From NCBI GenBank assembly GCA_951406725.2, contig OX597819.1, positions 42,966,001-43,030,000 on the forward strand: a DNA stretch of 64,000 bases. The letters run 5' to 3'. The translations under genes were made by a program, and so were the position numbers. Origin of the DNA: Octopus vulgaris (lineage: Eukaryota). Shown one piece after another: positions 1-13,274 of this stretch (positions are counted from its first letter, which is position 1; the number at the start of each line of letters is the position of its first letter). The notes under the pieces are model-generated. The model did no database searches, was not told the DNA's origin, and worked only from the letters and a program-made list of their open reading frames with translations.

Positions 1-611
1 GGGGGGGGAAAGAGAGATAATAATAATAATAATAATAATAATAGTAATAATAATAATAGTAATAATAATAATAATGACGATGATGATGATGATAATATGG
101 AAAATAATGAAAAGGAAATATAAATCTAAGTATAAAAACATAAAAATAAATAAATAAAGAAAGAAAATATTTAAAAGAAGTTTTGAATGTTATCTTAATT
201 CTGCAAGTTATCGCAGCAGGTGAAAGAAAGAAATGTATTGGTGCAGCAATACTTGCTAATCCAGCAATTTAACAGTTTCTGCTATGTCAAGTGGAATTAA
301 CAGTAATAACAGCAACAACAACAACAACAACAACAAAATCTTATATAAAATAAAAACAAGAACAAACAAACAAAAACAAAAACAAACAAACAACAATAAC
401 TAAAACACCGTCTCACGAACTAGCTAGATTAATCATTAGAGAACACACAACAGTTTATCTAACTCGGAATTACAGAAAATACCACACTAATGCATATATG
501 AATGTGCATACATGCAAGCTGATGCACATAAACAACCTACATTTTTATTATTTTATAGGATCAGAGTTGACAGTTTCTATAAAAACAGATAAAAACAGAC
601 AAAAGCAGAAA

Positions 612-646
<35 letters not shown>

Positions 647-1029
647 AAAAAGAAGTAACACCCCCCCACTCCCATCACCCACTAGATACACTATTACACC
701 AGAGTTTAAAAGAATAATTGCATCTTTTTCTTTTCATTTGTTTAACTAGAATATAAAATAACGCCAAAATATGTGCATTTGCATGTTTGCTTGTGTGTGT
801 GTGTGTGTGTTCAGGCCCCCCCCCCCCCACACACACACACGCACAAAAAAAATTGAATGTAATTGCTCTCACTTTGCTATTTTCAACAGAGAAGTTAAAG
901 TTTTTCAGCTAGCTAAAGAGACAAAGTTAGTTGTTGAAAAGACAGCAATGTGTGAGTGAAAGGAAAGGACTCAGCGAATTAAAAATGCTTGGGGAAAAAG
1001 TTAAGCTTCTATTGAGGTTCTCTTCTGTA

Positions 1030-1065
<36 letters not shown>

Positions 1066-1365
1066 GGCTGAAGCTTCCCCCTCAAAACTGTAGAATCATT
1101 GTGGACTCTGAGTCTGTTTCTGGGAATATAAAAGTGTCTCTACAGCCATGTCATATTTTTATTATTTTCTTATGATGGGAAACACACACACACACACACA
1201 AATGCTATATGATCTAAAGGAAAATAGGTGGGATGATTAACAATAGAATATGTGTGTGTGTGTAATATTTTGGACGAAATTAGCAGGATGGGTCAAAACA
1301 ACCGTTGTACAAAATGAAGTTTAATATCAAATACATCTTCTGATTACTTAAGAAATTATTATAAT

Positions 1366-1422
<57 letters not shown>

Positions 1423-3102
1423 TAGTTCCAATGTATGAAAGGGGGGAGGGAGATCGATATGTTGACATCATCTTAGACACATTCACTTCAATTTATTCCC
1501 ACACTGCACCCCATGTTTTCAGTGAGTTCCCATTATAAATTTAACCACAAATTGTAATATGATTTTCTTGGTGGTGTAATGTTAGACACCATCGCCAGCC
1601 AACCAGCCAAACAACCGGACAACCAAATGTTTTGGTTCCAAAGCCGGTGTGTGTATGTGTGTGTGTGTGTGTTTTTGAAGTCACAGACATAATCAAGATT
1701 TATACTAGAGGTGGGTTTTGTAGCCAGTGATGTTGGGTGATATCTGATGCCTTCAGTTGGTTGGGTTCTTTGTCAGCTATCTTGCACACAAGGCTACTTC
1801 GATCCGCTTCAGCTATAATATCTCTAGCACCTCTACTGCCTGTCTGTCTGGCTAGGGATGCTAATATCAAATCACAAATACAGAATCTATTTAATGCAAG
1901 AATTAGAAGACATTGTTGGGATTTTTTTACCTCCCATATTTTTTTTTAAGCAACATTTTTTTCTTCTTCTGTTTTTAAAGTAGTTCTTCCCAACTCGCTT
2001 CTCACTTTTCTTCCTACTGACACCCCCCCTCTTGAAAGAACTGTCTTTTACTCAAGCACACACACACACATGCATAGACACAAACACATACACACAGGCA
2101 CACGTAAACACACACACACTAACCTAATCTTGAACTTCTTCCTTCTTCAATAGAAGTCTTTTGAGATGGAACAGGAACAGGGAGAAGAGGATGGAAGGAT
2201 GGATGGAGGGATGGATGGATGAAGGGATGGAGGGAGGGTGGGAGAAGGAAGGAGGGAGGGAGGGAGGGCAGGGCAGCTGATAGCCAACTAAAGCTGAGCT
2301 GATAAAGCAGTGTCAAAATGACAGGAATTAAAATGGAAATAAACATGTACACCAATCAATCAGATTGTATCATTTCATGAGTCAGAGTTGCAGCAGCAGC
2401 AGCAGCATAAGCAGCAGCAGCAACAGCATTAGCTGCAGCAGCAGCAAAAGAAGAGATGAGGAGAAAGAAAATAGCAGCAACACTAACAGTGAGGTTGAAA
2501 AAGGATGGTGGGGGGGGGAGACAGCTAGCAAGTGGCTGGGGTTATATGGCTAGTGTTGGGGTAAAGATGATGATGATGATGATGGTGATGATTGTGATGA
2601 TGATGATGATGATGATGGTAATGTCGATAAAGGTGATAGTGGTGGCAGTGACAGTGGTGGTGGTGGTGATTATTGTGATGGAGATAGCGAGGAGAGAGAG
2701 AGAGGGATCGAGGGGGGACGGGGAAGGGGAGTAGGAAATGAGCCAAGAGTGGAAAAAGAGGACATGGCATTAAAGATAGAATGGAAAACTGATTGTATGT
2801 GTTGGGAATACACAGAGCATGGAGAAGGGAAGCATTGAGAAAAGAGATTGAAAAATAAATGATAAAAAAAAAAAATACTGAAATAAATAAATAAATAAAT
2901 AACAACAACAACAACAACGATAAAAAAAAAATAACAGGACATAGGCTGTGCAACCAACACTTGGAAGAAAAAAAAGAAAGAAAAAAAATAACGGAAGAGG
3001 AAAGAGGTGCAAAGAAAGGCTAAAAAAAAAAAATAATAAGAAGCAGCAGCCACAAAAACACCAGGCAAAAATTTCATGCATATGACAAAATGAACCTTAA
3101 AA

Positions 3103-3133
<31 letters not shown>

Positions 3134-3309
3134 AAATCTCATAATAATAAAAAAAAATATTTAAAAAATAATAATATGCAAAACTAAAAAAAAAACAAAT
3201 ACAAAAAAATTACTCCCTTCCCAAAATACCATGGCAACAAAAGCTGAAAATATCAATATAAAGGAATAGAATAATAATAATAATAGTAATAGTAATAATA
3301 ATAATGATG

Positions 3310-3353
<44 letters not shown>

Positions 3354-3454
3354 GTTTTTTTTTTAAATGTAGAGACTAACATAACATCCACCCACAAATT
3401 TCTGTATTTTTTCCTTCCTTCCTACACTCAATAATAATGATGATAATAATGATG

Positions 3455-3519
<65 letters not shown>

Positions 3520-3890
3520 GGCAAAACAAAAAATAAAAAAAAAATGGAAAAGAACGAAAGAAATCCAGGACAAATCTTTCAATGTCATGAAAAAGTTTAT
3601 TACTCTAGCATAATAGCAGATAGTGAAAGGATCTTATCCCTACGCGAAGACATCCTCATATATTGAACTATGAATATAACCCTAGCAGTCTTAATGGCTT
3701 ATACTATCTTTCAGGCTCCAAAAATTGCATATGGCTTTCATAGAGCTATTACCATCTTTTCCACAGGGGAAATTACAACTAGAGGAAGAAGAGACAAGAG
3801 AGAAGAGGAAGAAGAATAAATATAAAGCAAAAAATAAAAATAAAAAACTAAGTAAAATAATGTGTACATATATATATGTACGTATGTATG

Positions 3891-3921
<31 letters not shown>

Positions 3922-4228
3922 GTGTGTGTTTGTGTGTGTGTGTGTGTGTGTTAATAAATAAAATAATACAATGTAATATTTAAAAATGCTAAAAGAAAAA
4001 ACACTAAAATATCAGAACAAAAAGTAGAACCAAAATGCAAAAGATTCCCTACAATCAGTGAAATTCTTCAATGCTGTTGCACAGTCATATAGAACATTAA
4101 TTTATGCAAGATAGAAATTAAAGATGGAAAGAGAAAAAAGCAAAATGAAAATACTTCCAAAAGCATTTAGATTTGGAAAAATATAAAATTAATGTCTGCA
4201 AGTGTGTGTGTGTGTGTGTGTATATGTG

Positions 4229-4275
<47 letters not shown>

Positions 4276-5199
4276 TGTGTGTGTGAGTGTTTCATGTATA
4301 GATATATGTATGGGGTATATTTGTGCAGTTTATATATATACATACACACATACATGTGCAAATAGTACGTGTATGTATGTACAAATACGAGTAATATATG
4401 AGCATGTGTGCGAGGGTGCATTGCCTAGAGTGTATTTCTAAATACATGTATGTATTATGCATCTTCATGTGTGCATCTGCTTGTGCTGCAGTGTAGAGAG
4501 AGAGAGAGAGAGAGATGAGGGGGGGTCTTCTGGCATCAAACAATGAAAAAGAATTAAAACAATCTCACATAAATGCAATGTGAAAATAAATTTAGGAACG
4601 GTATTGGTTGATATGATGATGATGATGATGATGATGATGATGGTGGTGGTGGCAATGACAGTGGTGGAGGTGATACTAGAATGTGGTAGTGAACGATGAT
4701 AAGATATCACTAAAATAGTGGTAGAAAGCAAAAGGGTATCAAAATATTTGAAGGGGTGGTTCTTGATAGTGCTTAGCCCCAAGTCAGACCTGATTGAGTA
4801 AGACCCTATGATCAAAAGCATCGCAGTCATGCCACCTTCCATCTCCAACCTCACCAATCATGGCGAATCTAGGAATATATTACTGATCAACAAATTCTTC
4901 ATTTTCTTGTTTTGTTTTAAGTTGGTAAGGTGTGTTAAAGAAGAAGATTTGACTGCTATTTCTAGGAAGATATGCAGCCATACAACGATCTCATTTGGTT
5001 TGTAATAGTGATAGTAACAGGTGATAGTGAAGGTGACAGTGGCAGTGGTTGATGACCAGACCCAAGGGGTGGTGGTGGTAGTGATAGTTAAGGGATGATG
5101 GTAGAAATGTCATAGCAAGAGAAATACTAGTAAGAGGCAGGGATGTGGCATGAGTTGAATGCCAAATAAGATTACAAGTGTCTATGTGTGTGCATGGAT

Positions 5200-5238
<39 letters not shown>

Positions 5239-5560
5239 AATATTTCTGTATAAGTGTAAATGTATCTGCGTATCAGATTGTGTGACTGTATAATCAAATT
5301 GCAGCTAATGAATGAAGAAAGAAAAGCAAAGAGAGATCAAACTGCCTTTATTTGTTGACAGTAATTATGGTTTCAGTGTCCAGTTTAGATAACGACTTGT
5401 TTAATGTCAATTTTAATATATCAACAAGCAATCATTTTCTTTCATACCATCCACTTTGCTTTGGTAGAAAGTCATGGAAAAGTATTCTAAGAATACACAC
5501 ACACACACACACAAAAGAAGAAATATAATAATAATAATAATAATAATAATAAACACAAAA
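1..5560. repeat. Microsatellite-dense zone: (AAT)n, (GAT)n, (AAC)n, (CAG)n, (GGAN)n, (TA)n, (CA)n, (GA)n
   Basis: Directly visible, e.g. 19-95, 1368-1419, 2390-2445, 2567-2680, 3271-3350, 3431-3518. Similar tracts occur throughout the window. Confidence 0.97.
1700..1886 (-). CDS. Candidate terminal coding exon of an unidentified minus-strand gene
   Basis: Open minus frame FCICDLILASLARQTGSRGARDIIAEADRSSLVCKIADKEPNQLKASDITQHHWLQNPPLV* ending at TAA 1702-1700. Possible acceptors give exon starts at 1886 (phase 2, ctaat...aaatag) or 1860 (phase 1). Complex sequence amid microsatellites; the antisense frame is also open. Protein not recognised. Confidence 0.35.
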
Positions 5561-5934
5561 AAATCATGTGTTCTCTTTGCCTTCTCTTTCTCTATTCCTT
5601 ATGCCTCACTTGTTTAGATGAGGAGAGATGCAGCAGAGATTGTAAAACTTCACCTTACTTGGCTGGCATCAAAAGTACCAACGCAATGATGACGAATCCA
5701 AATTTGAAAATATGTTATAAACAAAAGTGGTATTTAAGAATGGATAATACTAATTGGAAATGTTGAGTCCATATCAGGTGGAGAAATACAAGAGTGATAT
5801 GTGCAAAGAATTCACCACTATCAACAAAGGTGTGTGTGTGTGTAATATATGATTACTGAAGAGGTCATAAGCAAAGCTGAGCAAAGCAAAATTTAAATTA
5901 GTTTCAATTTGAAGTTAGATATTTTTCTATAGTG

Positions 5935-6325
5935 ATGGACACGAAGTGGTGAGAAAGGATCTACAGACATTGGAACTCACAGAGGAGATGACCAAGACTC
6001 CTGGCGGTTTGCAGTGCTTGAAAATACACGACAACCTAAAGTAAAAGCGTAGTTTCCCTTGCAAGCAAGCTCGTCCCTTGCAACCCTCTCCAGCTGAGCA
6101 TCCCTAATCTTGTGGGCTTGTAGGTGCTGATGCTATGTAAAAAACACCCATGCCAGTGCTGCATAAAAGCACCCAGTACACTCTGTAAAGTGGTTGGCAT
6201 TAGGAAGGGCATCCAGCTGTAAAAACCATGCCAAAACAGACATGAAGTCTAAACAGCCCTTCAGTTGGTCAGCTCCTATGGAAACTGTCCAATCTATGCC
6301 AGCCTGGAGATGATGACGATGATTG
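5935..6325 (+). mobile_element. 5'-truncated RTE-clade LINE (last codons, 3' UTR, (GAT)n tail)
   Basis: Encodes EVVRKDLQTLELTEEMTK..WRFAVLE (RTE C-terminus-like), then gtggttggcattaggaagggcatccagctgta and a gatgatgacgatg tail. Confidence 0.75.
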
Positions 6326-6370
6326 AAGTAAATTAAGCTTAATGAAATGAAATAGAGTATATAAAGCTTA

Positions 6371-7630
6371 TATTGGGTCATCCCATAGATAATGCTGGTT
6401 TTTCAATTTCATGAAGTTGGAGAAGGATGGGATAGACTACCTGCATCAACTTGCTATAAAAGTAGGTAGTAATTTTACATTGTCCTTATTCCTGGTGCAA
6501 GTTTTGATGAGTGCAGCTCGATTTTAACTTATTTTTTCAAAGCTATAATAGAAGTGACAAAGGAGCATATTTGGCATATTTTGCTTTATGAGTTCAATAA
6601 AGGCAACAACATAATGGAAAGTGCAAGAAATATTAATGCAGTATATGGGGGGGCAGACAATAAGCGTAAACCAGTGTCAATGGTGGTTCCAGAAATTCTG
6701 AGCTGGAAACTACATCCTAGAAGACAAGCCTTGTCCTGGAAAATCTGAAAAGCTCAACAAGGACACTCTGCAAACCTTGGTGGAACAAAATCCTATTGTA
6801 ACTGTTGAGGAACCAGCAGAGAAGCTTGGATTTGATCATTCAACTATTCATCGACACCTGCATGCCATCAGAAAAGTCAGCAAATTGGATCAATGGTTTC
6901 CTCACAAACTTTCTGAGTCTAATCACATGCAGAGAGTGAATGATCTTATGAATGAACTTTTTGGGGATTGAATAGTGACTGGTGATGAGAAATGTGTTCT
7001 CTATAAAAATGTCAAGTGCTGAAGACAAATGGTAGCAAAAGGAGAAACACCAGCACCTCAGGCTAAAGAAGGTCTTCACCCATGTAAGGTGTTGTTATCT
7101 GTTTAATGGGATACGAAAGATTTAGTCCACTTTGAACTTTTAAACCCAAATCAAACAATAACAAATGAGATCTACTGTGAGCAGCCTAAGCAGCTTAAGT
7201 CAGTGCTAAAAGAAAAACGACCATCTTTGGTTTGAAGATAAAAGGTGTTCTTCCATCAGGATAATGTGATGGATGACAATGAGGATGATATTCCAAAGGC
7301 TGGAGCAGTTTGAATAAGAACCGATGCTCCACCCATATTCACTGGACATTACTCCATCTGATTATCATTTATTCTGCAGTCTTCAAAACTATTTGTATGG
7401 AAAAAATATGAATTCTGTAGACAGGGTCAGAACAGTACTGGAGGAGTATTTTTCGTCACAGACAAGTGAATTTTGGAAGAGGCATCTTGCAAGTCTACCA
7501 GATAGATGGAATAGCATTGTAGAAAATGAAGGAGAGTATATTTTAGATTAAAATGGAACTTTGTTTATTTTAATTTTTAAAAATAAAAGAAGTATAAAAA
7601 AAATCACATTATTTATGGAATGACCCAATA
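6371..7630 (+). mobile_element. Full-length degenerate mariner (Tc1/mariner) DNA transposon, 1260 bp
   Basis: TIRs tattgggtcatcccatagataatg (6371) and cattatttatggaatgacccaata (ends 7630). TA on the left, CA (probably decayed TA) on the right. Transposase remnants inside. Confidence 0.93.
6548..7551 (+). pseudogene. Mariner transposase pseudogene (DDD type)
   Basis: Motifs HILLYEFNKG (HTH region), WFPHKL (WVPHEL-like), IVTGDEK, FHQDN, YSLDITPSDYHLF (YSPDLAPSDY-like), C-terminal GEYILD*. Start codon appears to be ATA; several stops and frameshifts. Confidence 0.92.
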
Positions 7631-9795
7631 CATCACACACACACACACAAAATTTCTTACAGTTTTTTTTTTTGTTTGTTTTTTGGCTATCAAATTTCAC
7701 TGAAGACATTAATTAACCAGCTTCTATTGCAGAAGACACCAGCCAAAAGTGTCCATGAAGTTGAAGAAAGTATAAATCATGTAGTTCTGGGGCAAACCTC
7801 TTAAAAACATGGCCTAGTCAGCACCAAGAAAGATGTTATGTTATTTCCTTTAATGAGAAAACTGGAAAGAACTAACATACCAGTGAGCCACCAAATACTG
7901 GCCCATTAGATCCAACTCCACTAATAAAAAAAAATATCTCTAAAAAAAGATAATAATTTTCTAAATTTACATTGCATTTGATTAACTAGCAAAGGGATTT
8001 TGACAGGATTTCACATTCTGTAGACAGAAGGCATTAAAGAAAACCAGGTGTGGATGAATAGCAAACACGAACACAGAGGGGGCGCACACACACCATAGGT
8101 AAAGAAATAGAATTTGTCAAAATAGAAATGACCAGAAGGTGAAATAATTAACCGCAAAGACCTACTGTTTACATTGAAATTCCTGTTATATATTTTTAAA
8201 ATTAGAAGATGAAACTTAACCAGAGCCAACTACCTCTTCAAATTAACCTGTTCATGTTAAACAAATTGCAAGAGAAGGAAAAAAAAAAAAAAATGTCATT
8301 AAATTAGTGTTAAGAAGAAATAAGGTGGTGGTGCAGAAATGTGAGTGAAAATGTATTTGATTTAGAATATAGCTCCTTAAAGAATAATACTGAAAAATTG
8401 AGCTTCATATCTTGGAAGGTAAGACGTGGTAAAGATTGGAAGAGATGGTTAAAAATGAGAAAAAGTGGTGTTTTTAGCATTTTGTGTAAAATCTCCACCA
8501 AAATAACCACTCTTTTAGAAAATTCTGATGAGGTACTATGCATGAAAGGTGAGACGTAGCAGAGAGAAAAAAAAGAGATATACATCTAGATGAATGGATG
8601 GAGAAACAAGCTTACTAATGACACAAGTATAATAATAAGAGTGGGGGAGGGCACTTTAAAATGGTCCTTTTAGAAACCATTTTCTAAATTAGATAAACAT
8701 ATTTCTGAGTAAGATTTTATCCAAAGCAATAACATTTGAAAAAAAAAACAAAAAATAATAATAAAATAAAATAAAAAAAAAAACACTGGTTACAATCTAG
8801 GAAAGTATTTTCTCCTTCTTGTTAAATAAGAAAAAAGAAAGAAAGAAAGAAGAAAGGTACAGTAAAGTATTATATAGAAGCTTCTAAAGTTTACATCAGA
8901 CACCATCAACCAAACATTAGCAATAAGCAAATCAATGTATTCCTTCCAATTTTAGAAAGGAAATGTTTCTTCCACATGTTTTATTTTTTTTAAACCCTTT
9001 TTTCTTGTTGGTCTTCTTTCTTTTCTTTTCTTTTTTTTTTCCCTTTTTTTTCCCCCACTCCTTGCGTTTTATTTATTTATTTTTAAAAGTAGACCTACCC
9101 AAAAATAACAGTGAAAATAGCTTTGCATTTAACTCTTTTCAGGAGACGGCTATTGAAAGCCGTAACCGTAATGGGCATGTGTAAACACGAGTACCACATA
9201 CTTCTCTCCTCAACAAATTGATTAATTGATGAAACATATTCCAGATCAAACTGAAAACAACTAGAAATAATACATGACTCAACTCCTTTGCTTTGGAGAT
9301 GGGAAGAGAAAGGAAAATGGGAAGAAAAAGAAAATACTCTGACCTATTCGATTATATTTCAAATGATGCTGTAGAGAGTATGTTTGTGTATTATATATTT
9401 TGCATATATGACATTTACACAGAGACATATATACATGTGTGTATATGTATACACACACACACACGTACATGTCTAATGCAGTAATCTGTTCTAGATGAAA
9501 CTGTAATATATTTCAATTTCACCTATTCTGTATATTCTATATATTACATAATATATAATACGCACACCCACATCGAACATGTTAAAACTGGGGGGGAGGG
9601 GGCATTATTTGAACTACCATGTATATGAGCATGAATTCCATATGAGACAACTTTTTGTGTGGGGGGGGGGATAAATAAATTAATAATTAAAGTAAAATTA
9701 AGACTACAACTTTCCTAATTCCTCCAAAGATCTATTTCAAATAATCATATTTCTAATGGAAGATAAAATCGTCAAAGAACTAAACATAACAAAAC

Positions 9796-9843
<48 letters not shown>

Positions 9844-10230
9844 TGATAATAAAATCCAGTTATTGTTCTTGGCATTGGTTCAGTTGCAGAAACTACATAA
9901 AGTCTTACACAGTCTTTCTCATAAAGGAACAATAGAAAAGGGGTTAAGTGACACCACCCAGCCACTGTCTGGCAAAGCAAGTGAAGGACCATCAACAGTG
10001 ATAAAGCAAATCACATTTGCATAGGTCAGCATCAATAATAGCCCCCCCCCCCCACGACCACCACTGAGCTGTTTCTGTTATCTTTCACACAAACAGAACC
10101 ATTAAAAGATAGAAACCCCCCTTCTCCTCTTCAACTCAAAGACAATAGGCAAAAATGTTTTCAAGATAAAAATCATCCAGTTGTTAAGAAGAGGGAGAAC
10201 GTGGTGGTGGGAGGTCAGACTATATCTCAC

Positions 10231-10317
10231 GTATGCTGCTTCTACTGCTGCTGCTGCTGCTGTTGCAGTTTGTGCCTCCTGCCTTTGGCAAAGGCTTCAA
10301 GCAGTGATTGATTGATT
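10231..10317 (-). CDS. Candidate 87-nt cassette exon (phase 1-1)
   Basis: Acceptor ttccttttcctcgttgatctgtag, donor C|GTGAGA, length 29 codons. Only phase 1 is open: xSINHCLKPLPKAGGTNCNSSSSSSRSSIx. Confidence 0.3.
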
Positions 10318-11983
10318 CTACAGATCAACGAGGAAAAGGAATGGATGCAGTACAGATTCTAAACGGTTCAGAGACCAGCAAACTTCTACTGTAGGTTAGA
10401 AGACAGTCAACCACAATATTACACTCAGCACAAATTAATTGCTTGTCAGACATTGATGAGATGAAGAAACAGAGAAAGAGAAAGTGACAGAAAATCTCTG
10501 TATTTTGAATTATAGGTGTTATGGCTGCACTAAAATATGCAAGTCTGTGGCCAATAAAGCTGCACTAATTCCATAATTACAGTAATCAGCACTGTGCTGC
10601 CAAAGAAATATAATGGCCATTTCCAATCAACTAGAATAAAAGTGTCTGAAAAGAAGCAAATCCACCTGATATTTTTCCCTAATAAACTTCGTGCATTTAT
10701 TATAGTTATGCAAAGATAAGCTTAACAATATTTATACAATTAGATTTTGAATTTATCATAAAAAAAGAACTCCAAACAAAATAACAATAATGCAAAAAAA
10801 AAATGAGTTGTATTCTTTGGCCTTTCTAAGTTGACATTAATGTTTCAGCAATTACAATCTTATTTTTCGTGTGTTGAATTCAAAGCTAAAATTTTATTGA
10901 AATATCACAGTAAGTTAAAATGAGTCGACTCTGATTCGTTCTCCTCTTTCTTCCTCCTCATTCTCATAGCTGATATAATAATAATGCTGGAATAGCTACT
11001 ACAATAACTAATAGAAAAATTCAATGCCTGCTACACAGCATTTATTATTGGTCATGCACCATATTCATTGCTTCCTTACAGTCACTTCGATATTGTTCAA
11101 CGAAGCTTCTCCACCCTCTAAATAATGAACACCAAAGCAGAACAAATTAAAATGAGATTTAAAGACATTTAGTGGATTTATTAAATTCAAATTTAATGAA
11201 TACACTGATTGTATTCATAAATTGAAAGTGTACAGAAAAAGTGAAATTAACTGACCACATATAGAAGACATCTGGAAGATATTAAACTTTAGCTAAATTC
11301 TATAAGCTTACTATATTATTTTATAAAAGTTTGATTAAATTCAAAACAAAGTTTAATAACGTCTCTAAAAGTAACATTTCGAAGTTTCACGTTTAGTTTT
11401 ACAGTAATTAATCCAGATCATGGAAAATGTATTATAGCGGAAATAATCACACTGGGAAGATATATTGATAAAAATTTTCTCAAATGTCTCCAGGGCTGGG
11501 TATAAAGAAAAAAGAAAATTCTATTCACTGTTCTTGTAAGACATCAAATATGCCATAAATTCTTGCAATTAAACACCACAAGCAGAGTGATCTAAACCTT
11601 GCATATACAGAAGAAAAAAAAAGAAAACATGAGTGTGGTGACGTAAGCCTTGAATAAGCAAAACCTAAAAAAGAGAAAACTACTTTTTTTTCCTTATAAA
11701 TAAAATGATAGAGCTAAGATAATTCTTTTAATTCACTGAACCAAGGAGAGAGGAGGCTTACTCTTTGTTTGACACATGTGCATAAAGTATGCATATGTGT
11801 GTGTGTGCGCACGCGTTCATGGAAGAGTGCATACATACATGTATGTATACACACAAAATGGCAGATAGACTCAGAAATGGCCATGACAAAAATACATTCA
11901 AACTGGAGAACCAAGCCCCATATGCGAAAATAGGTTTGGGGGTAAAGATTGGAGAAAGAGGTGGGGGGAGAGAATGTGTGTGT

Positions 11984-12015
<32 letters not shown>

Positions 12016-12802
12016 GAGTGTTTCATTCATGAAAAATAACCATTTCTAATGTGTGGCATTATAATTACTCTGCATTGTGCGAAGCCCCATCAAACTTAAG
12101 TCTATGACCCAGGTTTGTTTTCAACTCGCAACTGTATGTCTTTTCAGAAAACATGAACATTAGAAATTTCCATTCCTCCCCTGTCCCCCTCCCCACACCA
12201 CCTCTCGCACAATTTCCTATAATTATGAGGCTTCATATCTATACAAGAAATTGTAATTACACTGTTGAAAAATAATGGCGATTGATAGAATGACCTCCAG
12301 CTTGCTGTGAGAGGGTCGTGGTGTTTTATTCTCGACAGGCAATAAAACCAGATGACTGAGCATACATAAATAGATGGAGTTTTGTTGTTATTAACAAAAG
12401 AGACCAAACTAATTTAAATAATCAATGAGTGAAAAATTCGAGTTCTTCTAGAATGAGATTATCAGCCACCAATGATGCATCTATGAAGGTCTAGAGTATA
12501 TTGGACATTTTATTTTTATTAGATTTTTCTTCCTTTTCTTTCTTTTTTGTTTTTGTTTTTTTTTTTTTTTGACAACAAATTTACTACATGTTAGTGTAGG
12601 CTAGATGTTGCAACACATTTAGAGTTTTATTTTAATTTAATTTTATTTTTAATGTCAACTTCTTAACCATCTGAAAGGAACAGTAACTTTTTTTTCTCCC
12701 ACAGCAAAGAACTTGTTAACAAAGATAACAAAATTAAGCCAAATATCTTAATCATCACTTTATCTCATATATGTGTGACTCTGTGTGTGTGTGTGTGTGT
12801 GT

Positions 12803-13197
12803 GTTCTTTTACTCTTTTACTCGTTTCAGTCATTTGACTGCGGCCATGCTGGAGCACCGCCTTTAGTTGAGCAAATCGACCCCGAGACTTATTCTTTGTA
12901 AGTCCAGTACTTATTCTATCAGTCTCTTTTGCCGAACCGCTAAGTGACGGGGACATAAATACACCAGCATCGCTTGTCAAGCAATGCTAGGGGGACAAAC
13001 ACAGACACACACATATATATATATATATATACATATATACGACAGGCTTCTTTCAGTTTCCGTCTACCAAATCCACTCACAAGGCATTGGTCAGCCTGGG
13101 GCTATAGCAGAAGACACTTGCCCAAGATGTCACGCAGTGGGACTGAACCCGCAACCATGTGGTTGGTTAGCAAGCTACTTACCACACAGCCACTCCT
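12803..13197 (-). mobile_element. tRNA-derived SINE family A (CORE-like, internal microsatellite), full length
   Basis: Head aggagtggctgtgtggtaag (A box) ... gggttcagtcccac (B box), cttgggcaagtgtctt core, internal (TA/TG)n and gtaaaaga tail. Confidence 0.85.
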
Positions 13198-13274
13198 ATA
13201 TATAGATAGATAGATACAACATACATACACATACATGTGTATGTATGCATAAGTATGTGTGAGCATGTGCACAT

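Noticed and set aside
1737-1949. Plus-strand 70-aa ORF
   Set aside because: GTG start and best explained as the antisense shadow of the minus-strand exon candidate.
498-5005. ORFs with poly-His, poly-Ile, poly-Leu, poly-Met and YIYI/CVCV runs (also throughout the window)
   Set aside because: Translations of microsatellites that lack stop codons; no domain content.
6548-7551. Domesticated SETMAR-like gene
   Set aside because: Multiple stops and frameshifts, both TIRs present and no SET domain.
9120-9184. Plus-strand acceptor followed by ETAIESRNRNGHV*
   Set aside because: Isolated and short, with no supporting plus-strand exons.
10233-10307. Signal-peptide-like mini ORF MLLLLLLLLLLQFVPPAFGKGFKQ*
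   Set aside because: The Leu run comes from a (CTG)n repeat and the ORF stops after 24 codons.
13120-13197. tRNA-like A/B box sequences
   Set aside because: These are SINE heads continuing into SINE bodies; no full cloverleaf.
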